Shown: positions 8,370 through 15,611 of the stretch, one piece after another | How positions within the stretch are numbered: the stretch's first letter is position 1 | Layout of the letters: every line of letters starts with the position of its first letter | NCBI GenBank assembly: GCA_040399825.1 | Contig: JBBARJ010000001.1 | Location: forward strand, 1 to 48,667 | DNA: 48,667 bases | Direction: 5' to 3' | Source of the DNA: Gemmatimonas sp. | GTDB lineage: Bacteria; Gemmatimonadota; Gemmatimonadetes; Gemmatimonadales; Gemmatimonadaceae | Translations under genes and position numbers: made by a program | Notes under the pieces: generated by a model | What the model was told of the DNA's origin: nothing | Seen by the model: the letters and a program-made list of their open reading frames with translations, nothing else | The model's database searches: none

Positions 8370-9481
8370 GCCACCTCCGTGGGGTACGGGGTGAGCTGCG
8401 CGGTCGCCGGTGCGGTGCGGTGCGCGACCAGCGTATCCTGCAGCAGGGCACGCCAGCCGACACGCCATTCGTCCGGTGACACGATCGAGGCATCCCCTCC
8501 GAACGTGAGCACCCATCGCAAAAACGGATCGCGGCGGCGCACCCGGAACTGTCGCTGCGACGGAAGGCTCGCCGCCTCGCCCAGCTGCATTCCCTGCAGC
8601 ACCTGCCCCGACTCGCCCCGGAACGCGACCACGACCGAGACCGCCTCCTCATCGCCAAGCTCCCACGCCTGACGGGAGGCCGCATGTGCTTCGAGGTCGA
8701 AGGTGGCCGGAATGACGTAGTCGGGCTGCTTTTTCGTCGCGTTGTACTTCGGCTTGGAGATACGGTTCACGCGGAACTGCCGCAGCGCCTGCTGGTCCGC
8801 ATCGTGCGCCACGAGATACCAGTGTCCCGTGAGAAACACGAGGCCGTAGGGCTCCACGGTGCGCATACTCGTACGGTTGCGTCCCATGCTGGCATAACCG
8901 AACGTCACCCGCTGTCGGGCCGAAAGGGCGTCGCCCAACACCTCGAATGTGCTGGTCTGCACTTTGACGCTAGCCGTCAGTGGCTCACTGATCGGGAGGA
9001 GACCGACATCCCGTTCGAGCTTGGCAATCGCGGCGGCGGCATCGGCGTCGAGCATGGGATTGCCGAGCGCGCGCACGCGCGCAGCGGCGCGGCGAAGCGT
9101 GAGACACTCATCAGGGGTAATCGCCAGCACGGGCAACGACTGATAGCCGATCCCCTGCGGCCGCGCGATGGTGCGCACTTCGAGCGCCGGCACGATGCGC
9201 GTTTCACACAACGCGAGAAAAGGCAGGTAGAACGCGCCGGGGAGGAGTCGATAGCGCGACTCGCCACCATCGTGGTCGGCCAGTGTCTCGATGGCGACAC
9301 CAAAGGCCCGCAGCTCGTCCTTGTCGCGCTCGAAGGTGCGCATGACGCTCTGCTCGTCGACATCGCCGGCCAGATAGCCCGGCACATCGCGACGCAGATC
9401 GGCGAATACGGCGCCGTGATGGCGCCGCAGCAGCGCGGAGAGCAGATCGAGCCAACGGGTCAGTTTATCGGCAGCAGCCAT
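8366..9481 (-). CDS. WYL-domain transcriptional regulator, PafB-like
   Basis: KLTRWLDLLSALL...VPGY...RTFERDKDELRAFGVAIET, typical of the PafB HTH. WYL domain RTVEPYGLV..GHWYLVAHD..RQFRVNRI. Confidence 0.88.
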   Translation of the reverse strand: MAAADKLTRWLDLLSALLRRHHGAVFADLRRDVPGYLAGDVDEQSVMRTFERDKDELRAFGVAIETLADHDGGESRYRLLPGAFYLPFLALCETRIVPALEVRTIARPQGIGYQSLPVLAITPDECLTLRRAAARVRALGNPMLDADAAAAIAKLERDVGLLPISEPLTASVKVQTSTFEVLGDALSARQRVTFGYASMGRNRTSMRTVEPYGLVFLTGHWYLVAHDADQQALRQFRVNRISKPKYNATKKQPDYVIPATFDLEAHAASRQAWELGDEEAVSVVVAFRGESGQVLQGMQLGEAASLPSQRQFRVRRRDPFLRWVLTFGGDASIVSPDEWRVGWRALLQDTLVAHRTAPATAQLTPYPTEVA

Positions 9482-9548
9482 ACAATTAGTGCTCAAGAGA
9501 CAACGGATTACCGACCGCGACGGAAGCCTCGCCGCGCGCTTGGTGGAC

Positions 9549-10793
9549 TCAGGAAATGAATACTGGCACGACGAACTGACAAAACAGCGCGCCCACGATC
9601 GTCATCGCGAAGCCCCAGAGCAACAGGTGGCGAAACAGCTGCTTGGTGTCATAGCCGGTGGGCACGGCCGCGATGCACAGGGCACCGATCGTCGAGAGCG
9701 GTGACACATCGACCAGCGCCGCGCCCACATTGATGCTGATTGCGATCTGCAAGGGATTGCCACCACCGAGCTTGGCGACCAATCCCGGCACGGCCGGCAG
9801 GAAGGCGGGATACACCACGCCCGAGGTGGAACTGTACGTCGAGATCAGCCCGGTCACGCCGGCGATCACCCCGTTCACCGAGCCCGGCGTAGCCAGCTTC
9901 GCCAACATGGTGGTGAAAAGATCCATGCCACCCGTCTTCTCCAGCACGCCGATCAGCACGCTCACGCCGCACACCATCACGATCACCGGCCAGGGCACCT
10001 GCTTCAGCATGGCGCTGTCCTCGCCGATACCAATCAAGACCAGCACCGCCGCCGCCGCAAAAGCGGTCAGGCCGGGATTGAACTTGAGAAAGAGCACCGC
10101 ACTCACCCACACGACGCCCACGGCAAGCGTGCTCCAGTGCGCGCGCGTAAACGCGGCGTCCTTCTCGTCGACCACGAGCCGTGGGCTGCGGAGCATCGCC
10201 GGTCCACCAAACATCGCCCACGCCACCGTCGCCACAATCGCGTGCGCCACGAAGTTCATCACCAGCACTTCGGTGGCGTGACCACCCAATCCGGCTTTCT
10301 CCATCAGCGTCTGAACGAGCGCGCCGATCGCACTGATCGGGGAGAGGTTACCGGCGTTCGCCCCGTTGCCGACCATCAACGCCATGAGCAGCATCGGTGC
10401 CTTCGCGCGGTGTGCGAGCCCCATCGCGAGAGGGGCCATCAGTGCGGTCGTCGCAATCGCCCCCGGCCCGCTGGTGGAAATCAGGCACGACAGCATGAAC
10501 ACGAATGGTGGCAACAGGGCCGACCGCCCGCGCAGCAGTCGCACGCCATGATGCGTAACCGCCTGCATCGTGCCATTGGCCTGCGCGATCCCGAACAACA
10601 GCGTGACGCCCAGCAGCGTGAGAAAGAGCGACGACGGAAAGACCGCCATCAGCTGTTCGACTTTCCAGTCGGCCGCGAACGTCGCGATCCCCCAGGCCAA
10701 CGCGACCGCGAGCACACCGACGTTCACACGCGATGTCAGACTGGCCGCCACCACCAGCAGCAAAGCAAACAGCGACAGCAGGGCGGGACTCAT
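9549..10793 (-). CDS. SLC13/MatC-like dicarboxylate (malonate) carrier
   Basis: MatC-type N-terminus (RVNVGVLA...FPSSLFLTLLGVTLLFGIAQANGT) and DVSPLSTIGALC; follows a MatB-like gene. Confidence 0.78.
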   Translation of the reverse strand: MSPALLSLFALLLVVAASLTSRVNVGVLAVALAWGIATFAADWKVEQLMAVFPSSLFLTLLGVTLLFGIAQANGTMQAVTHHGVRLLRGRSALLPPFVFMLSCLISTSGPGAIATTALMAPLAMGLAHRAKAPMLLMALMVGNGANAGNLSPISAIGALVQTLMEKAGLGGHATEVLVMNFVAHAIVATVAWAMFGGPAMLRSPRLVVDEKDAAFTRAHWSTLAVGVVWVSAVLFLKFNPGLTAFAAAAVLVLIGIGEDSAMLKQVPWPVIVMVCGVSVLIGVLEKTGGMDLFTTMLAKLATPGSVNGVIAGVTGLISTYSSTSGVVYPAFLPAVPGLVAKLGGGNPLQIAISINVGAALVDVSPLSTIGALCIAAVPTGYDTKQLFRHLLLWGFAMTIVGALFCQFVVPVFIS

Positions 10794-10803
10794 GCGCGCT
10801 GGC

Positions 10804-12282
10804 TCATGCCGGCGTCCACGGCGGCAGCAGATGACGCTGCACCTTCCCCAGCGCTGTGCGCGGCAGCCCCTCCACCCGCACAAAACCGCGCGGCACCTTG
10901 AACGACGCCAGCTGTGTGCGGACCTGCTGCGCGAGTGCCTCGAGATTCACCGACGCGTCACAGACGAGATACGCCACCGGCACTTCACCGCGCACCGCGT
11001 CTTTCACCCCGACCACCGCCGCTTCGCGCACACCCTCCTGCTCGGCCAACAACTCCTCGATCTCACGCGGATAGATGTTGAAACCACCCGAGATGATCAG
11101 ATCACTGCGCCGACCTTCGAGCGTGATGTAGCCATCGGCCGCGCGCACGCCCACGTCACCGGTGTGAAACCAGCCATCGGTAAACGCCGACGCCGTGGCA
11201 TCGGGGCGACGCCAGTAGCCGTCGCACACATTCGGACCACGCACCCACAACTCGCCACTCGTGCCGTCGGGCACATCCACACCGGCCTCGTCCACGATGC
11301 GTACCACCGTCATCGGCATCGGAAAGCCCACCGTGCCGGGGCGACGCTCACCATAAAAGGGATTACTCACGTTCATCAGCGTCTCCGTCATCCCGTAGCG
11401 CTCCAGAATCACATGACCGAACCGCTCCCGGAACGCCTCCATCACGGGGGCGGGCAGCGGCGCCGAGCCCGAGACGAAGAGCCGCGTGCGGGCACCGATC
11501 GCGGCCGCACGCTCGGGCGCCACATCGAGCAATCGTACGAACATGGTCGGCACACCGAAGAACACCGTGGGCTGATAGGCCTCGAACCACTCGGCGGCGC
11601 GCTCATGCTCGAAGCGCTCGACTAGGCGCATGTGACAACCACTCAGCAGCCAGACGTGAAGACCGTTGCCAAGTCCATGCACGTGAAAGAGCGGCAGCAC
11701 GGCGAGGTAGCGATCGTCGCTGGTGAACTCCCAGCTGCTCGTGAGCGCCAGCGCATTCGCCGCAAAGTTGCCGTTCGTGAGCACGGCCCCCTTGGACGCA
11801 CCGGTAGTCCCCGACGTATACACGAGTGCGGCCGGCGTATTCGGCACACACGGCACCGTAATCCGCGCCGACGACTGCTGCGCGGCTTCCGCGCTTAAGG
11901 CTTCGAGGCTCCACGACGTCACGCCCGGCGGCAGGTCGCTCTGCTGCGCGGTGGTGGTCACGACCGCGACCGGTGCCGCATCACTCACGATGTGCGTAAT
12001 CTCGCGCTCGCGATACAGCACGTTCACCGGCACCACAATGATGCCGGTCTTGATGCACGCCAGCCACAGATCGATGATCTCGACGCGGTTGGTGAGATAG
12101 AACGCCAACCGATCACCGGCCCGCACGCCGCGCGCCCGCAGCGCATGCGCCACGCGGTTGCTCCGCTCCTCGAGCGCGCCGAAGGTCAGCGCGAGGGGCT
12201 TGCCGGTCGAGTCGATCCAGTCGAGTGCGGGCGACGCGGCGCGGCCGAGCAACGAACGATCGTACAAAGCGAGGAGTGACAT
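10804..12282 (-). CDS. Acyl-CoA synthetase, malonyl-CoA synthetase (MatB)-like
   Basis: YTSGTTGASKG, LPLFHVHGL, ILERYGMTET, RPGTVGFP, GWFHTGD and GKVQ motifs. Confidence 0.85.
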   Translation of the reverse strand: MSLLALYDRSLLGRAASPALDWIDSTGKPLALTFGALEERSNRVAHALRARGVRAGDRLAFYLTNRVEIIDLWLACIKTGIIVVPVNVLYREREITHIVSDAAPVAVVTTTAQQSDLPPGVTSWSLEALSAEAAQQSSARITVPCVPNTPAALVYTSGTTGASKGAVLTNGNFAANALALTSSWEFTSDDRYLAVLPLFHVHGLGNGLHVWLLSGCHMRLVERFEHERAAEWFEAYQPTVFFGVPTMFVRLLDVAPERAAAIGARTRLFVSGSAPLPAPVMEAFRERFGHVILERYGMTETLMNVSNPFYGERRPGTVGFPMPMTVVRIVDEAGVDVPDGTSGELWVRGPNVCDGYWRRPDATASAFTDGWFHTGDVGVRAADGYITLEGRRSDLIISGGFNIYPREIEELLAEQEGVREAAVVGVKDAVRGEVPVAYLVCDASVNLEALAQQVRTQLASFKVPRGFVRVEGLPRTALGKVQRHLLPPWTPA

Positions 12283-12752
12283 CAGGAAAGCCCAAACTCG
12301 CGCACGATCGCACGAACACCAGCCAATTGCAGTCCGTCTTCCTCAAAGACGATGACCCCGAGCAAGGCACGGCCGACATCGTCGGGGAGTCGGTCCGCCC
12401 GGAACACCTGAATCACCGGTCCCATGCCCATCGCGTCGCGCAGCCGCGGGTGCGACCATCCGCTGCCCAGCGTCGGCTCGCTGTCGAAGCCCTTGGCCAG
12501 CACGGTGGTCAGCGCCGACGCCGACGCACCGCGGTAGGTCACCACAGGCAGGTCGCCACCGAAGCTGCGCTCGAACAGCGCCTGCCAGGCCATCGGACGG
12601 GCGCCCTGGGAACGCGTTCCCGTCGCCAGCACGATCCGCGGCGATCGCGCGAGCACGTGCATGCGTTGGACCGCATCCTGCAGATCATCGAGAATGCGCG
12701 CCTCACGATCGGGCGCCATTTCGGGTGGAGAATTGCCAGAATCATCGACCAT
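12282..12752 (-). CDS. Hypothetical protein (start 12752 or 12719)
   Basis: Open frame whose stop overlaps the MatB-like ATG (TGATG) and fills the gap to the divergent MFS gene. No recognised motif. Confidence 0.6.
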   Translation of the reverse strand: MVDDSGNSPPEMAPDREARILDDLQDAVQRMHVLARSPRIVLATGTRSQGARPMAWQALFERSFGGDLPVVTYRGASASALTTVLAKGFDSEPTLGSGWSHPRLRDAMGMGPVIQVFRADRLPDDVGRALLGVIVFEEDGLQLAGVRAIVREFGLS

Positions 12753-12800
12753 CCCCCAATCTTCTCTTCCGCCCGCGGCGCAGCCACCCCAAGTGACCCA

Positions 12801-13988
12801 GTGTTCACACTTTTTCTCGTTGTCTTTCTCGACCTGATCGGATTCGGGATGATCATCCCGGTCTTTCCCTTCTACGCCGAGCACGTCGGTGTCGCACCGG
12901 CGTCGGTCATCTTCTTCCTGGGGCTCTACTCCCTCGGGCAACTGGTGGGCGCGCCGATCTGGGGCAGTCTCTCCGATCGCATCGGTCGTCGTCCCGTCTT
13001 GCTGATCACCTTACTCGCCAACGTCGGCGCCTCGGCAATGCTGGCCTTCAGCACGACCGGCGTCATGCTCGCGATCTCACGCATTGTGGCCGGACTCGCC
13101 GCTGGCAACATCTCGGCTGCGTACGCCTACACGACGGACATCACCACCGATGCGACCCGCCCCAAGGCGCTCGGACTCCTCGGCTCCGCGTTTGGCATGG
13201 GCTTCATTCTCGGACCGGCACTCGGCGGCCTTCTGGCCGGTACCAATCCAGACGATGGCGCGGGCTTTGCCCGTGTGGCGTACGGCGCCGCGGTGCTCTC
13301 GCTCCTGGCCTTCGTGCTCACGCTATTCCGCCTGCCCGAGTCACTCCCGCCGGAGAAGCGCCGCGCCTCGACGACCAAGCGCACCGGGATGGGTACCTAT
13401 TTCGCGCGCCCGGTACTGCGCGATCTGCTCGTGGCAACAGTGATCGTGGTGGCGGCGGTCGCGCTCTTTCAAAGCACGCTGGCGCTCTTCACGGCCGATC
13501 GCCTCGGCGTCGGTCCGCGCACACTCGGCTGGATCTACGGCTTCGTCGGTGTGGTATCGGTGGTCATTCAGGGTGGCGTGATCGGTCCGCTCACGCGGCG
13601 CTTCGGCGCCCAATCGCTCACGCGCGTCGGCGCCATCCTGATTGGTGTGGGCATGGGCGGCATTCCGTTCTCGCAGTCCATCGGCTGGCTGCTGTTCGCG
13701 CTTGGCGTCTTCGGTGTCGGCTCCGCGCTCTTCAACCCCAGCATGAGCGGGCTCGTGGCGACCGCCGCCGAACCGCATGAGCGAGGCAGCGTACTCGGCG
13801 CGTATCAGGGCGCCGCGTCGATGGGCCGGGTGATCGGTCCCTTCGCCGCCAGCGGCGTGGCCAGTGCCAGCTCGTTGTCGATCCCGTTCCTCGTCGGCGC
13901 CGTCGTCTCGCTGGGGGGCGCGCTATTGATCCACACGCGACCCAAGGCCAAGCCGCCGACTGACAGCAGTTCCGTAACAAGGCCATAA
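12801..13988 (+). CDS. MFS transporter, TetA/DHA1-like
   Basis: VFLDLIGFGMIIPVFP, GSLSDRIGRRPVL (motif A), GMGFILGPALGG (motif C). GTG start inferred. Confidence 0.9.
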   Translation: MFTLFLVVFLDLIGFGMIIPVFPFYAEHVGVAPASVIFFLGLYSLGQLVGAPIWGSLSDRIGRRPVLLITLLANVGASAMLAFSTTGVMLAISRIVAGLAAGNISAAYAYTTDITTDATRPKALGLLGSAFGMGFILGPALGGLLAGTNPDDGAGFARVAYGAAVLSLLAFVLTLFRLPESLPPEKRRASTTKRTGMGTYFARPVLRDLLVATVIVVAAVALFQSTLALFTADRLGVGPRTLGWIYGFVGVVSVVIQGGVIGPLTRRFGAQSLTRVGAILIGVGMGGIPFSQSIGWLLFALGVFGVGSALFNPSMSGLVATAAEPHERGSVLGAYQGAASMGRVIGPFAASGVASASSLSIPFLVGAVVSLGGALLIHTRPKAKPPTDSSSVTRP

Positions 13989-13998
13989 CACACAGCCT

Positions 13999-14120
13999 GA
14001 CCACGAATTTGCACGAATCACCGCGGATCGAACCACCATCAACAGAAATGCAATTCGTGGCCGAGGACGGGCGCTCCGGCGCACGTGGGTATCCGTGCAC
14101 ATTCGCGTCCATCCGCGGTT
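13999..14120. repeat. Inverted pair of 3x10-mer tandem arrays (consensus NNNCRCGRAT)
   Basis: Left: GACCACGAAT TTGCACGAAT CACCGCGGAT. Right: ATCCGTGCAC ATTCGCGTCC ATCCGCGGTT. Confidence 0.7.
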
Positions 14121-14174
14121 AAGCCGGTCTGTAGTCGTTGCCAAACGACCATCGTTACGAGCTAATCCCACCGA

Positions 14175-15467
14175 TCACCGGCCGAACGGCTGCTCCAGGC
14201 TCGGCGACTGCGGCGTGAACAGCTCGGCGCCGGTCTCGGTGATCACCATGTCGTCTTCCAGACGAATGCCGAACTCGCCCGGGATGTAGATCCCCGGCTC
14301 GTCCGAGAACACCATCCCCGGACGCATCGGCAGCGTGTTGCCGCGCACGAGATACGGCCACTCGTGCCCGTCCATGCCCATGCCGTGCCCCACCCGGTGG
14401 CTGAAGTACTTGTAGTCGGGGCCGAAGCCGGCATCCACAATCACCTTGCGGGCCGCGGCGTCCACGGCTTCGCACGGCACCCCGGGCTTGGCCGCCGCCA
14501 GCGCCGCACTCTGCGCCCGATGTTCGATCTCGAACACGTCCTTCATGCGCTGCGTCGCCTTGCCCAGCACGAACGTGCGCGAGATGTCGGAGGAATACCC
14601 CTCCACCTTGCAGCCGCCGTCGATGAGCAAAATGCTCCCCTCGCGCACCACCTGCGGCGTGGCACTCCCGTGCGGCAGCGCCGAGTACTGGCCCACCTGC
14701 ACGCCGGCTGATCCCGAGTAGCCCAGTTGCTGGTGCGCGAGCTGCACCAACCCCTCGAAGTCATCCTGCGTCATGCCTTCTGCGAGCGACTTGTACGCGG
14801 CTTCGTACGCCGCCAGCGTCACCGCGCTGGCATGGCGCATCAGCGCCAGCTCGTGCGCGTCCTTCACGATCCGGCAGCCGGCCGTAATGGGCGTGCCACT
14901 CACCACCGTCACGCCCGGCACATGGGCGGCGCCGTCGGCAAATACGAAGCGCACCGTCTCTTCGGCCGCGATCGTGGCCGTGGACAGGCCGCGCGACGCG
15001 AGCCCCTTCCGCAGCAGGTCATACGGGTTCTCGTGCTCCTCCCACGCCATCACCTCCGCCTCGCGCCCCAGGGGGCCGAGGTGCGCCTGCTCCATGGCGC
15101 GCTCCTCCTCGAACTTGGGGGTGATCAAGAACGCCGCCCCCTTTACCGGAATCACCGCCGCCAGCAGCCGCTCGCTGAGCCCCCACTTGATGCCGGTGAA
15201 GTACTCCATGCTCGTCCCGCCGGTGAGCATCAGCGCATCGATCCGCTGCTCACGCATCAACCCCCGGGCCTTCTCGAGGCGTCCCTGGCGTTCCGACACC
15301 GAGATCGGCACGACACCATCGCGCATGGGGCGCAGCGCCCGGATGGCCGGCGGCATCGCGGCGGGCGGCTGCCCCGCGCCGACGGCCGCGGCCGCCGCGG
15401 GCGTGGAGAGGACCGCACCGGCCATGAGGGTGGAGGCGGATCCCAGAAAATCTCGACGTGTGGCCAT
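14175..15467 (-). CDS. M24-family Xaa-Pro peptidase with Tat signal
   Basis: TRRDFL twin-arginine signal. Metal motifs IDGG, SDISRT, HRVGHGMG, HEWP, SDEPGIY, GIRLEDD. Confidence 0.92.
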   Translation of the reverse strand: MATRRDFLGSASTLMAGAVLSTPAAAAAVGAGQPPAAMPPAIRALRPMRDGVVPISVSERQGRLEKARGLMREQRIDALMLTGGTSMEYFTGIKWGLSERLLAAVIPVKGAAFLITPKFEEERAMEQAHLGPLGREAEVMAWEEHENPYDLLRKGLASRGLSTATIAAEETVRFVFADGAAHVPGVTVVSGTPITAGCRIVKDAHELALMRHASAVTLAAYEAAYKSLAEGMTQDDFEGLVQLAHQQLGYSGSAGVQVGQYSALPHGSATPQVVREGSILLIDGGCKVEGYSSDISRTFVLGKATQRMKDVFEIEHRAQSAALAAAKPGVPCEAVDAAARKVIVDAGFGPDYKYFSHRVGHGMGMDGHEWPYLVRGNTLPMRPGMVFSDEPGIYIPGEFGIRLEDDMVITETGAELFTPQSPSLEQPFGR

Positions 15468-15611
15468 GCCGTGCTCCGGTGGTGTGAAAGGGACAAGTGT
15501 CTACCTTTATAGCGCTCGAACGCCGGATCGTCGAGAGTATCGACCGGGCGTTCCGGATCGGCGGGTGCGGTTCACCACACCCGCGTCGCTTTTCATCACT
15601 GTGAGGATTCT

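Noticed and set aside
9498-9519. GGTCGG-N10-TCTCTT upstream of the WYL pair as an autoregulatory site
   Set aside because: Mismatches at key positions in both halves; too weak to call.
12225-12800. Long N-terminal extension of the MFS ORF
   Set aside because: It overlaps the opposite-strand gene. MFS homology starts at about 12801.
13999-14120. Periodic repeats as a CRISPR array
   Set aside because: 10-bp degenerate units without spacers, and no cas genes.
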